In this document: positions 19,795 through 29,311 of the stretch, piece after piece
Position numbering within the stretch: position 1 is the stretch's first letter
How the letters are laid out: the number at the start of each line of letters is the position of its first letter
Assembly: GCA_044070495.1 (NCBI GenBank)
Contig: JBIPSI010000002.1
Location: 201,945-265,944 of the forward strand
Length of the DNA stretch: 64,000 nucleotides
Source: Spirulina sp.
GTDB lineage: Bacteria > Cyanobacteriota > Cyanobacteriia > Phormidesmidales > Phormidesmidaceae
Reading direction: 5' to 3'
Made by a program: the position numbers and the translations under genes
Notes under the pieces: generated by a model
Told to the model about the DNA's origin: nothing
The model's input: the letters and a program-made list of their open reading frames with translations, nothing else
The model's database searches: none

Positions 19795-20756
19795 TATTTT
19801 TTCTTTCCTCCAAATAGTCCCCCCAGGAAGCCGCCGCCCTTGTCCTCTGGCTTGCCCTTGGCCGGGGGTTTGCTGCGGTCGGTGGGCTTGGCCGCGCCGC
19901 CCCCGGAGGCGGTGCTGGGTGTGCTTTTTTCCAACTTAGCCTGAATCGCTTGGGCAATCTCATCCTCGGGGTGGAGATCCAGCGCCCGTTTGGCATGAAC
20001 CTTGGCCATGGTGGCCTGCCCCGCCTTGAGGTAGAGGCTAGCCAGGTAGCTGTGGCAGCGGGCACTGCTGGGATAGGCCTTGAGCGCCTCCCGCATTTCT
20101 AGCACCGCCCGACTATAGTCTCGCCCTGTTTCAAACCCCTGGGCCCGTTTGATATAGCTCTCTAAGATCGAGGCCTGGGTCTGGGGCTTGCGCGGCGGCG
20201 GGGCCGCCGAGGGCTTGGCACTGGCGGCGGGGGCCGTGGCGGTCGTACTGGTTGTCGAGGCCGGACGAGCGGCGGCGGCGGGGCCTTCGCTGGTGCGGTA
20301 GAGGTAGATCATGTTGATCTCGCTGATCTGGCCAATCACCTCTAGCACTTGGGATAGCTGCTCATACTGCTGCTCGGCAAGGGCCTTAACGGCCTGCTGA
20401 TAGGCCAGATCGACCTGGGGAGCCTGAAGCAAAGTTTTGGCGGCCTCGCTGGTGATGTCGGGTGGGGTGGAGGATCGCTTTAGCCCCTGTCCCTTCAGCT
20501 TCAGCATGAGCTGGTGCTCGGTGAATAGTTTTTCTTGGCTGAGGGCTTCGTAGGCAGGGTTGACCCACTTAGAGAGCAGTTCGTTGGCCTGCTGGGCGGC
20601 CTGATCAGAAATGCCCGAAAGACTGTCAGGATGGAGTTTGCGGGCAATGGTGAGGTAGCGCTTTCGCACCGCCCGCGCATCCGCCGTCACGGGGATACCC
20701 AGCACCGCATGGTGATCTTCAAAATCGAGTTTAAAGAGTCCAGCATCCAGTCTCAT
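19794..20756 (-). CDS. J-domain (DnaJ class C) protein with C-terminal TPR
   Basis: HAVLGI..RKRYLTIARKLHPD; TPR-like helices; overlaps hisZ start. Confidence 0.85.
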   Translation of the reverse strand: MRLDAGLFKLDFEDHHAVLGIPVTADARAVRKRYLTIARKLHPDSLSGISDQAAQQANELLSKWVNPAYEALSQEKLFTEHQLMLKLKGQGLKRSSTPPDITSEAAKTLLQAPQVDLAYQQAVKALAEQQYEQLSQVLEVIGQISEINMIYLYRTSEGPAAAARPASTTSTTATAPAASAKPSAAPPPRKPQTQASILESYIKRAQGFETGRDYSRAVLEMREALKAYPSSARCHSYLASLYLKAGQATMAKVHAKRALDLHPEDEIAQAIQAKLEKSTPSTASGGGAAKPTDRSKPPAKGKPEDKGGGFLGGLFGGKKK

Positions 20757-20897
20757 ATATCCCCTATCCCTTCGCCATTACCGAGCGGCCTAAGACTTTT
20801 CCAGAGTATTCCATTTCCAGGGTTGTCTGTATCACCGATGCCCCTCGATTTCCGTTCTCCGTGGCCTCGACCCAGTTTCGCCGCCGAGGCCGACTGC

Positions 20898-22424
20898 CTA
20901 GCCCTGGTGGGTCGGCAGATGCACCAGGAATGTGGTGCCCCGATCAACGTGGCTATGGACGACGATGGTACCGCCGCAGAGCATCAGCAACTGCTGCACG
21001 ATGGACAGCCCCAGTCCGGCTCCTTCGCTGCCGTTGCTGGGGAGGTTGCGCCCCCGATAGAAATAGTCGAAGACCTTGGGTAGATCGGTGGCGGCAATGC
21101 CGATGCCGGTGTCGCGAATTTCCAGGGCCACTGCGTCCTCGACGGGGCGGGCGGTGACCCACACCTCACCACCGCTCTGGGTGTATTTAATGCTGTTGTT
21201 CAACAGATGAATCATGATTTGCCGCAGCCAGGCATCGGGGCAGGCCACCTTGGGCAGATCGTTGGGGATGGTGTAGGCCAGCATCACCCCCTTTTCCTCG
21301 GCCAGGGGCTGGTAGGTACTCACCACCGGGGGGACGGTTTCATCCAGGTAAACCGGAACGAGCTGGGTTTGGCTGGCGCTGGTCTCAATTTGCAGCAGGT
21401 TCAAAACACCGCTGATTAGCGCACTCTGGCGATCACACTCGTGGCTGATCATCTCCATGTAACGCTGCCGCTGGGGGGATTTCAGGTGGGGAGAATCGAG
21501 CAGGGTAAGGGCGGTTTTGATGGTGGTTAGGGGCGTGCGCAGCTCTTGGCCCACGGTGTTGAGGAACTCGTCCTTCAGCCTGAGGGTATCGATCAGCACC
21601 TCGTTTTGGGAAGACAGGGTAGACATATCGAGGGCCTGCTGTCGGTAGGTAACCATGGCCTGGCGCAGGTGCTCTTGCCAGCGCAATTGCCACAGCAGCC
21701 ACCGATCCACCATGATTAAAACGTCCGGGTTGGATGGATTTACGGGCGGGCAGTATCGTTCCCAGTGGCGCACCAAATCCACCAGAATGGGATGGGTTGT
21801 GCCCTGGGCACAGTACTCTACCACAGGGCGCAGGAGATCCTGCATCCCCACGACCAAACCCGGTTGAATGGAGGCGCAAACGGAGAGGTAGACCGACCGT
21901 TGGGCGGCGGCAGAGTCGCTAGCCAACACCTGGGGATGAAGTTCGACCCGGTGGACCAGGTCGCCCTCCACCTCTGGGTCTGGATCGTCCTCTAGGGCCA
22001 CCGTGGAGAGGCGCTGGAGGCGATGGGCCACCAGCAGAGTGGCAAAGGTGTCGGCCTGTACCAGCACAAAATAGTCTCCCCGCCACTGTTGGTTGTCGGG
22101 CAAGGGCAATTGCACTTCTGGGGTGCTCACTTCTGGCGGCAGACTCTCTGGGGGCAGATTCTCCGGCAGCGGTCGTACAAACTGAAAAATATGGTGATTT
22201 TGATCCAGGGTTTGGCCATAACGCCGAATGTCCTCCTGCCAGGCGGCCCCGGTGGGCAGCTTAACAAATAGGTTTGCCTGCACCTGGTAGGTTTCCAAAA
22301 ACTCGGCTAGGGAACGCAGGAGGGTTTTCAAACCCTTGGCTTTGATCTGGATACAATCTGGCGTGGCGGCACTGCTTTGCAGTAGGTGTTGCAGAGAGGC
22401 CGAAGAGGAAGAGAGAGGCTGCAT
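20898..22424 (-). CDS. DICT-type sensor domain histidine-kinase-like protein (H-box His replaced by Gln)
   Basis: FLNTVGQELRTPL; LLNNSIKYT, DTGIGI, GAGLGL ATPase boxes; DICT assignment of the N-terminus is tentative. Confidence 0.8.
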   Translation of the reverse strand: MQPLSSSSASLQHLLQSSAATPDCIQIKAKGLKTLLRSLAEFLETYQVQANLFVKLPTGAAWQEDIRRYGQTLDQNHHIFQFVRPLPENLPPESLPPEVSTPEVQLPLPDNQQWRGDYFVLVQADTFATLLVAHRLQRLSTVALEDDPDPEVEGDLVHRVELHPQVLASDSAAAQRSVYLSVCASIQPGLVVGMQDLLRPVVEYCAQGTTHPILVDLVRHWERYCPPVNPSNPDVLIMVDRWLLWQLRWQEHLRQAMVTYRQQALDMSTLSSQNEVLIDTLRLKDEFLNTVGQELRTPLTTIKTALTLLDSPHLKSPQRQRYMEMISHECDRQSALISGVLNLLQIETSASQTQLVPVYLDETVPPVVSTYQPLAEEKGVMLAYTIPNDLPKVACPDAWLRQIMIHLLNNSIKYTQSGGEVWVTARPVEDAVALEIRDTGIGIAATDLPKVFDYFYRGRNLPSNGSEGAGLGLSIVQQLLMLCGGTIVVHSHVDRGTTFLVHLPTHQG

Positions 22425-22619
22425 GGTGCTCCAAACAATCGGGGGCGACGATTGCGCTGGCCAACGCCAACTAAGGGGGAATACCTACCAGGGTAGGCTA
22501 CTTACCCACGATAGAACCCTAGGATCAGCCTTGTATTCACAAATAGTCATGGAGTGAGGTAGCCTGAGGCCTCGGCTAGACGGCAATTTCATACCAGCCA
22601 TTGATCCTTTTTCACCAAA

Positions 22620-24125
22620 CTATTGATACTTCTCGAGGAGAAACTTACGAGCCTGCTCCCGATCATCAAAGTGGATCTTTTCGGTGCCGAGAATTTGATA
22701 GTCTTCGTGGCCCTTCCCCGCAATGAGAATGCCGTCCCCCGGTTGGGCCATCTGAATCGCAGTTTGAATAGCCTGGGCGCGATCAGCAATCACCGACTCT
22801 GGCCCCAGTTCCGCCGGAATACCTGCCACTACATCCTGCAAAATCTGCTGGGGATCTTCGGTACGGGGGTTGTCGGAGGTGACTACGACCACGTCCGCCA
22901 GGTCGTAGGCAATCCGGCCCATTTGGGGACGCTTGGTGCGATCTCGGTCGCCACCGCAGCCAAAGACGCAGATCAGCCGACCGGGCACAAAGGGCCGCGC
23001 TGCCAAGAGGGAATTCTTCAGACTATCCGGCGTGTGAGCGTAGTCTACAATCACGCTGATGGGTTGATCGGGGGTAATCTTCACCTGCTCCATCCGCCCC
23101 GGTACGCCGCCAAAGCTGGGCAGCACCGCCGCAATGGCATCTAGAGGAACCCCCAAATGCAGCGCGGCACCCACGGAGGCCAGCAGGTTTTCTAGGTTAA
23201 ACTGCCCCACCAGCGGCGAACTAAAGGGCACCGTTCCCGCCGGAGTTTTGAGGGTGCCCGTCACGCCGTTGGCTTGATAGGTCAGATCCCCGGTGTACAA
23301 ATCCGCATCGGGGTTCTGGGTGCTGTAGGTCCACACGCGGTCGGCGGAAAGCTGGGCCACCAACCGTTCCCCGTAGGGGGTGTCGGCATTCACAATCGCC
23401 CGTCCGGTCAGGTAGTTTTCGCCAAACAGCAGCGCTTTGGCATTGAAATAGTCCTCCATATCCCGGTGGTAATCGAGGTGGTCTTGGGTGAGGTTGGTGA
23501 ACACCGCCACCTCGAAGGGGCAGCCCCACACCCGCTTCTGGGCTAGGGCATGGGAACTCACCTCCAGCACCGCATAGCAACATCCGGCATCCCGCGCCGC
23601 CGCCAAATCCGCCTGAAGCTCCACCGCAAAGGGGGTGGTGTATAGGGCCGTTTGCTGATGACCGGGCCAACGGCTGTAGAGCGTCCCTAGCAGTGCCGTG
23701 GGCTGTTCCGCTGCCTTCAGAAGATGTTCGATTAAATGGGTCGTCGTGGTTTTGCCGTTGGTGCCCGTTACGCCAATCAGCCCCATCTGCCGAGCGGGTT
23801 GGCCATAGAATTCCCCTGCTACCGCCGCACAGGCCAGGGCCATATCCGTCATCGGGACTACGCAGGCGTCCCCTTCAGCGGGCCGATTCTGCAACGCCTG
23901 GGCCGACACTAACGCCGCCACCGCTCCCGCTTGTAGGGCGCTGGGCCAAAATTCGCCGCCATCCACCCGCGTTCCGGGCATGCCAATGAAGACCTCTCCG
24001 GGCTGGCAGGCGTGGGAATTGGTGCAAAGCCCCTTCACCTCGCGGTCGCCTTGATCGACGGATAGCTCGAATCCCGGTGCGATCAAGCCTGCGGGCAAGG
24101 TTTCAAGCAGTTGGCGCAGCTTCAT
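22620..24125 (-). CDS. murE: UDP-N-acetylmuramoyl-L-alanyl-D-glutamate--2,6-diaminopimelate ligase
   Basis: GVTGTNGKTT, EVSSH, TNLTQDHLDYH, VDYAHTPD, DNPR (meso-DAP), AGKGHE. Confidence 0.96.
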   Translation of the reverse strand: MKLRQLLETLPAGLIAPGFELSVDQGDREVKGLCTNSHACQPGEVFIGMPGTRVDGGEFWPSALQAGAVAALVSAQALQNRPAEGDACVVPMTDMALACAAVAGEFYGQPARQMGLIGVTGTNGKTTTTHLIEHLLKAAEQPTALLGTLYSRWPGHQQTALYTTPFAVELQADLAAARDAGCCYAVLEVSSHALAQKRVWGCPFEVAVFTNLTQDHLDYHRDMEDYFNAKALLFGENYLTGRAIVNADTPYGERLVAQLSADRVWTYSTQNPDADLYTGDLTYQANGVTGTLKTPAGTVPFSSPLVGQFNLENLLASVGAALHLGVPLDAIAAVLPSFGGVPGRMEQVKITPDQPISVIVDYAHTPDSLKNSLLAARPFVPGRLICVFGCGGDRDRTKRPQMGRIAYDLADVVVVTSDNPRTEDPQQILQDVVAGIPAELGPESVIADRAQAIQTAIQMAQPGDGILIAGKGHEDYQILGTEKIHFDDREQARKFLLEKYQ

Positions 24126-24156
24126 GTCAGCAAGTCCTCACATCACGGAAGATGAC

Positions 24157-24444
24157 CTATTCTGCCTTACCCTGGCCCAAATAAGTCTGTATCAATTGCT
24201 CCACCTTGGCCTGGGGTGCCCTAGGCGACAGGCGCGGCAGGGGAATTTCCGTCCCGCCCTCCTGCACCTGACACAGGACAGGAATTTCGTACTGATAGCG
24301 CTGAAACCAGTCCTCGCGGGTGGTGATGTCTCGCACCTCTAGCTCAAAGTTGAGGTGGCGGGCGGCGTCCAACTTTTCCTCTAGCCCCTCACACAAATGA
24401 CAACCGGGTTTGCTGTACAGCACAAATTTCATGGCCATTGTCAT
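24157..24444 (-). CDS. Glutaredoxin-like protein (DUF836)
   Basis: LYSKPGCHLCE..RDIT..YQYEIPVL..LPR. Confidence 0.88.
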   Translation of the reverse strand: MTMAMKFVLYSKPGCHLCEGLEEKLDAARHLNFELEVRDITTREDWFQRYQYEIPVLCQVQEGGTEIPLPRLSPRAPQAKVEQLIQTYLGQGKAE

Positions 24445-24489
24445 CCCAACACCATCGGTTTTGCATCCTAGCTTGAATTGAGACGGTTC

Positions 24490-24885
24490 CTAAACCTCGG
24501 TGGTGCCGTAGAGTTCGGGCAGTTCGCGGGCGGGGGGAAGAGACTTGGCATCGCGGGTTTCGATGTAGCCCGTATAGTAGGCTCCGGGTTCAATTTCCAG
24601 GGCACCAGCGACGACATCACCCTCCAGGCGGGCGGTGCGGCTGAGGGTGAGCTTGCCTTCCGCCCACACCTTGGCCTTGAGAACACCCTGCACCACAATA
24701 TTTTTCGCCCTCACCTCTGGCCCCTCCACAAGCCCAGAGGCGGAGATTTCCAGATCGCCATTCACATCTACGGTGCCATGGATGATGCCATCTACCCGCA
24801 GCATCCCCTCGGCGTGGAGCACCCCTTCAAACTCGGTCTTTTGACTGAGATAGGTCAACAGCGGCGTCGGTTTACGTCTCAACAT
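24490..24885 (-). CDS. Bactofilin (polymer-forming cytoskeletal protein)
   Basis: TEFEGVL..LRVDG..G.V.G..V.A..G.L.....A.LEGDV....LEIEPGA...G; start at MLRRK. Confidence 0.88.
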   Translation of the reverse strand: MLRRKPTPLLTYLSQKTEFEGVLHAEGMLRVDGIIHGTVDVNGDLEISASGLVEGPEVRAKNIVVQGVLKAKVWAEGKLTLSRTARLEGDVVAGALEIEPGAYYTGYIETRDAKSLPPARELPELYGTTEV

Positions 24886-25216
24886 CGATAGCCTTCTCCC
24901 TGCATGGAACACGATATCAGCGCGATGGAGCGCAATGGCAAAGAACAGATCCTCAGCAAGACCCACCGCCTCGTCACGGCATCGGGTCAGCACGGTAGGT
25001 CAGAGTCAGTCTAGCGTAATCCACAAATCGGAAGAAACTTGGAAGAAATCGCTTGGATTGAAAAAATACAGGGATCAATATAAACAGGGAATAAAACAGC
25101 CTGTTTTTTATGATTTTAGATTTTTGGGCTCGTAGCTAGTGCCGGGGAGAAAGCACCGTTCCAGAGTCCCAGCCCAGCCAGGCCACCCATAACAAATACC
25201 GATGAGGAACACAGCC

Positions 25217-25681
25217 ATGACCGTCGCTAATGTTCGTTCCCAAGACCTGCGGGTGTCCATTGCCGAGGATGCCGTGCGCCTGTTTCGTCAGGCTCCAGCG
25301 GATTGCCAGTTGGTTACCCTGTGGCAAGCCTACGAAACCCTGGGCCAAGCCTTTGGTAGCGTGGCTCCGTTGGCCCTGTTTTCCCAGGCGGTGCAGCAGT
25401 TAGTGCAGCAGGTGCAGCAGATGAGCCCAGAGGAGCAGATTCATGTTTGCCGAGATATTTTGGGCCATGCCGATACTCGCTTTGCCCAGGCCTACCAAGG
25501 GTTGAACCCCAACATGAAACTTGCTTTTTGGCATCGTCTCTTTAGCCGGGGGCGCAAACTGCCCTGGGAAACGGTCGTCAGTCGGGCCAACCAGCAGGCA
25601 GACACCTACCTTTTGCGGTCACGGTTGGCCACCATGGGCCTCAATGAACGGCTGCACTTTTTGCGCCAGGTCGTGGCCTAA
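25217..25681 (+). CDS. Orange carotenoid protein N-terminal-domain homolog (helical carotenoid protein-like), divergent
   Basis: QLVTLWQAY..AP..QMSPEEQ..RDI...ADT...AY..L..NMKLAFWHRL..FLRQVV pattern; GAGGA RBS. Confidence 0.75.
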   Translation: MTVANVRSQDLRVSIAEDAVRLFRQAPADCQLVTLWQAYETLGQAFGSVAPLALFSQAVQQLVQQVQQMSPEEQIHVCRDILGHADTRFAQAYQGLNPNMKLAFWHRLFSRGRKLPWETVVSRANQQADTYLLRSRLATMGLNERLHFLRQVVA

Positions 25682-25690
25682 GGTCGTAGC

Positions 25691-25903
25691 CTAGGCGGGA
25701 CGCATCATCACTTCCCACAGGGCTGCCGATTCGGATTGGGCTTCGGCTTCGGCCTGGGCCTGAAGTTGGGTCAGGGAGTAGGGGCGTTGTTCAGGAATCG
25801 TGGGCAGATCGGGCTTCGATCCTCTGCGTCGCTGGGGTTGAGATGTCCAGGCACAGGAACAGAGGGGCCAAGACAACGCAGGAGTGACAGTCAGGGAGGT
25901 CAT
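25691..25903 (-). CDS. Small hypothetical protein
   Basis: 70-aa ATG ORF filling the gap between the HCP-like gene and ddl; no family recognised. Confidence 0.35.
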   Translation of the reverse strand: MTSLTVTPALSWPLCSCAWTSQPQRRRGSKPDLPTIPEQRPYSLTQLQAQAEAEAQSESAALWEVMMRPA

Positions 25904-26122
25904 GGAAGCGCCTAAATCAGGATGCTTCTAGCCTACCCAAGGCCATGGTCTGTGGCGGTGATAGGGCGTTGGGTCAAGCGTGATTCTAGGGGATTGGTTG
26001 TCGTGATCCCTACCGAGTTCCCTCTGTGAGGTAGATCCCCACGCGGGCTGATCTCGGTAGGGAAGCGAACAGTCTGTGATACCCTATCCGCTAATTGGCA
26101 ATTGGCGTGGGGAGGGCAAAGC

Positions 26123-27199
26123 ATGACCGCAATTACCGTAGGGCTTGTGTTTGGCGGTTGTTCTGGGGAACACGATGTTTCGATCCGGTCAGCCCAGGCC
26201 ATTGCGCGGGGGCTAAGCAGCGGCGACAATGCCGAGAAATATCGCCTGCTGCCCGTCTACATTCGTAAGGATGGGGTGTGGCTGTCCGGTGCCGAGGCGG
26301 CGGATGTCCTAGCGGCGGGGGTTCCCCTCACCGATTTACCAGAGGCCGAGACGATTACCCCCCTGCAACGGTTGCCCCAGTTCAGCCAGGTGAACGAGGT
26401 GGATGTGTGGTTCCCGGTGCTCCATGGCCCCAACGGCGAAGACGGCACTGTGCAGGGAGTTTTCACCCTGATGCAGCGGCCCTGGGTGGGGTCTGGGGTG
26501 CTGGGTTCGGCGGTGGGGATGGACAAAATTGCCATGAAAAATGCCTTTGCCCAGGCGGGTCTGCCCCAGGTCAAGTATCTGGCGGTGAACCGCAGCGAAG
26601 TGTGGTCAAACCCCTGTGTCTTTCCCAAACTGTGTGATCGCATTGAGGCGGAATTGGGCTATCCCTGCTTTGTCAAACCCGCCAACCTGGGGTCTTCGGT
26701 AGGCATTGCCAAGGCCACCAACCGCCGCGAACTAGAGGCCGCCCTCGACAGTGCCGCCAGCTACGACCGTAGGCTGATCGTGGAGGCTGGCGTCGTTGCC
26801 CGCGAAGTGGAATGTGCCGTGCTGGGCAACGACACCCCACGGGCCTCAGTGCTAGGGGAAATCACCTTCCAGAGCGACTTCTACGACTACGAAACCAAAT
26901 ACACCAGCGGCCAAGCCGACCTCACCATTCCCTCCCCCCTGCCCGCAGCCACCAGTCGCCACATTCAAGAGATGGCGGTGACCGCCTTCCAGTCCGTCGA
27001 TGCAGCCGGGCTGTCGCGGGTGGACTTCTTCTACGTGGAGACCACCGGGGAGATTTTGATTAACGAAATAAACACCCTCCCCGGCTTCACTGCCACCAGC
27101 ATGTACCCCATGCTTTGGGAAGCTAGCGGCGTTCCCTTCCCCGAACTAGTGGATACCCTGGTGCAACTGGCCCTAGAACGCCATACCGCCAAGCCCTAG
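26123..27199 (+). CDS. ddl: D-alanine--D-alanine ligase
   Basis: [54 protein letters not shown]. Confidence 0.96.
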   Translation: MTAITVGLVFGGCSGEHDVSIRSAQAIARGLSSGDNAEKYRLLPVYIRKDGVWLSGAEAADVLAAGVPLTDLPEAETITPLQRLPQFSQVNEVDVWFPVLHGPNGEDGTVQGVFTLMQRPWVGSGVLGSAVGMDKIAMKNAFAQAGLPQVKYLAVNRSEVWSNPCVFPKLCDRIEAELGYPCFVKPANLGSSVGIAKATNRRELEAALDSAASYDRRLIVEAGVVAREVECAVLGNDTPRASVLGEITFQSDFYDYETKYTSGQADLTIPSPLPAATSRHIQEMAVTAFQSVDAAGLSRVDFFYVETTGEILINEINTLPGFTATSMYPMLWEASGVPFPELVDTLVQLALERHTAKP

Positions 27200-27211
27200 G
27201 GGCAACTTCTC

Positions 27212-28051
27212 TCAATTTGGGGCATACTTTTGCCAAATGTCACCATAGACGATGGCGGGGTTTTTCCAGGGTTTGTGATGGCCGCCACTCCAGTGGATGA
27301 CGTTAATTTGATCGAGGGGTTTTTTCAACGCCTTAGCAACAACCTGCATGTTGCCGTAGCCGCAGCGATTCCAGCTTCGGTCAAGCTGAAGGTAGTCTTT
27401 AAACATCACATTCAGCAGGGTTTCATCCCCTCGGTTTAGCATTCCATACTTGCAGGAGGCATCCCAGTCTAGATAGTAGTGAAAGATGCGGTCTGTCTCT
27501 TCATTCCAGTAGGTATAATCGGTGAACAAAACACCGCTATTGAAGGATGTCTTAAAGGCCAGCATTTCCTTAATGGCTTTGAAAGGATTGCCAAACTGGA
27601 AAATGGCTGGATAGAAATGGGGCACCGCCGCAAAGTACTGTTCGGGGCTAAACTGCACCGTTTCAAACAGGGTAGCCACATCGCCAATGACCACGACATC
27701 GGCGTCTAAATACAGTACCTTGCTCACGTCAGGAAAGATATCCTTCAAGAACATCCGAGCATACTGCATATAGCGCGATACCCGCCGAGTGGGCGTCATC
27801 GGCTCATACTTAGCATGGATGTAGTTGGCCATAAACTGAGGCGGAGTGAAGGGATAAACGCGCCAGGTAAATTTTGGTTCTGGGAAAACGGCGGTGATCT
27901 TTTCCTCAAAAAAAGCCACTTCGTCGGGAGGAACGGTGATGTTAAACCGCAGCTTTTCCGGTGATGCCGTATTGCTTGCCACGGAGTTCATCGCCGTGAG
28001 CAGAGCCACCACAATCCCTTTATTGAGGGCAAAGGCAATATCGTAGATCAT
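27212..28051 (-). CDS. Glycosyltransferase family 8
   Basis: YARMFL, KVLYLDADVVV (DxD), FNSGV, GDETLLN, IHWSG..KPW. Confidence 0.9.
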   Translation of the reverse strand: MIYDIAFALNKGIVVALLTAMNSVASNTASPEKLRFNITVPPDEVAFFEEKITAVFPEPKFTWRVYPFTPPQFMANYIHAKYEPMTPTRRVSRYMQYARMFLKDIFPDVSKVLYLDADVVVIGDVATLFETVQFSPEQYFAAVPHFYPAIFQFGNPFKAIKEMLAFKTSFNSGVLFTDYTYWNEETDRIFHYYLDWDASCKYGMLNRGDETLLNVMFKDYLQLDRSWNRCGYGNMQVVAKALKKPLDQINVIHWSGGHHKPWKNPAIVYGDIWQKYAPN

Positions 28052-28248
28052 GAACTATCCTGGCCGTCTGAATGATCTCCTCGTCTAGGTCAACCTCAGC
28101 ACCCTACAAGGAGACGCCGTGTTGAGGATCCCCCCCCGACACAGCACCCAGCGATAATAGCAGGTTGATGATTCCGTTAACCGCGAAATCTAGCCAGAAC
28201 CTAGGGGCAGTCCCTAGATTCTGATCGACTGATACAAGATCCTGCCCT

Positions 28249-28307
28249 GGGCGCGGCAACTGCGCCCCTACGCCTTCGGGTAAGGTAGGGGCCAGGTCTC
28301 CTGCCCC
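28249..28307. repeat. Pair of GTAG-type REP-like palindromes in opposite orientation
   Basis: GGGCGCGGCAACTGCGCCCCTAC then GTAGGGGCCAGGTCTCCTGCCCC. Confidence 0.55.
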
Positions 28308-28364
28308 TTTGACGGATTCGGGTTCTGGCAAGTTCTGTCAGGCAATCAGCCCTAGATCTCGCGC

Positions 28365-29153
28365 CTAGAGATCATCAGGATCAACCCCCAATTGCCGCAG
28401 GCGTTCGGCTAGGCGTTCGGCGCGTTCTCGCTCTTGCTCAGCCCGTTCCCGTTCAAAATTGGCCCTTTGTTGTTCTAGGGTGGCCCGTTCGTCGCCGCAC
28501 AGCAGCAGTTGTCCGTCTGCATCCCACCAGCGCAGCCAGGGCAGGGTTTGGTTGAGGTAGTGCCCCTGCCAAATGCCCAGTTCTACACCCATGGGGGGAA
28601 TGGGGTAGTGGCCGCGCTCATTGGGGGTGCAGCGCTGATAGTGGTTGCCGACGAGTTCGTAAACCTCAACGGCGGATTTTTCCACCTCGTAGATGGCGTA
28701 GAAGGGCACCCGAATCGCCTGTTCGTAGACCCAGAATTTTCCCGCCTTAGCCGCAGGATCCCCCAGGGGCGAGGTAGCATCCCGTTCCTCGGAGCCATCG
28801 CCAGAAACAAACTCAATCACAATCAGCGGCGCAACGATTTCCTTCCACAGCACGTAGGAGCGGCGCATTTTGCCCTCCAACTGGGGCGGCACGTGGGGCA
28901 CGTAGAACCAGTCGGGCGCTTCGGCCCCCCGCTCTGGGGGATCGGTGAGCCGCCAGTAGATGCCGCTATCTTGGCCAATGGCGTACCGACCATCGGGGTG
29001 CAGCGCGTCCAGCACCGGGAGAATGGAGTCGGTCAGCAGCAGGCTTTGGGGGTGCTCCTGAAAATTTTTCACAAACGTACCATCGGTCTCTGGCAGTTGG
29101 GTGTGATCGGGCAGAGATAGGGCTGGCTGGGATGGGGCAACGGCCATAGACAT
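28365..29153 (-). CDS. Uma2 family (DUF820) endonuclease-like protein
   Basis: LPDHTQLP, NFQEHPQS, APDWFYVP, IEFVS, KFWVYEQ, WLRWWD, C-terminal ERAE repeats; AGGAG RBS. Confidence 0.92.
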   Translation of the reverse strand: MSMAVAPSQPALSLPDHTQLPETDGTFVKNFQEHPQSLLLTDSILPVLDALHPDGRYAIGQDSGIYWRLTDPPERGAEAPDWFYVPHVPPQLEGKMRRSYVLWKEIVAPLIVIEFVSGDGSEERDATSPLGDPAAKAGKFWVYEQAIRVPFYAIYEVEKSAVEVYELVGNHYQRCTPNERGHYPIPPMGVELGIWQGHYLNQTLPWLRWWDADGQLLLCGDERATLEQQRANFERERAEQERERAERLAERLRQLGVDPDDL

Positions 29154-29190
29154 CTCCTGCAGGCGAGTTGTTTTTATTGTAATCGGACGC

Positions 29191-29237
29191 AAAAAACACA
29201 CCCCCGACCCTAGGAATTTTCCTGGAATCGGGGGTGT
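29191..29237 (-). terminator. Intrinsic terminator downstream of the DEAD-box helicase gene
   Basis: ACACCCCCGA / TCGGGGGTGT stem with T6 tail on the minus strand. Confidence 0.75.
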
Positions 29238-29311
29238 TGGTTATTGGTTATTGGTTGTTGGCGGTAACGTGCATTTTCCCGGCTATGGGGTGGGTCAACG
29301 ACCTGGAAACC

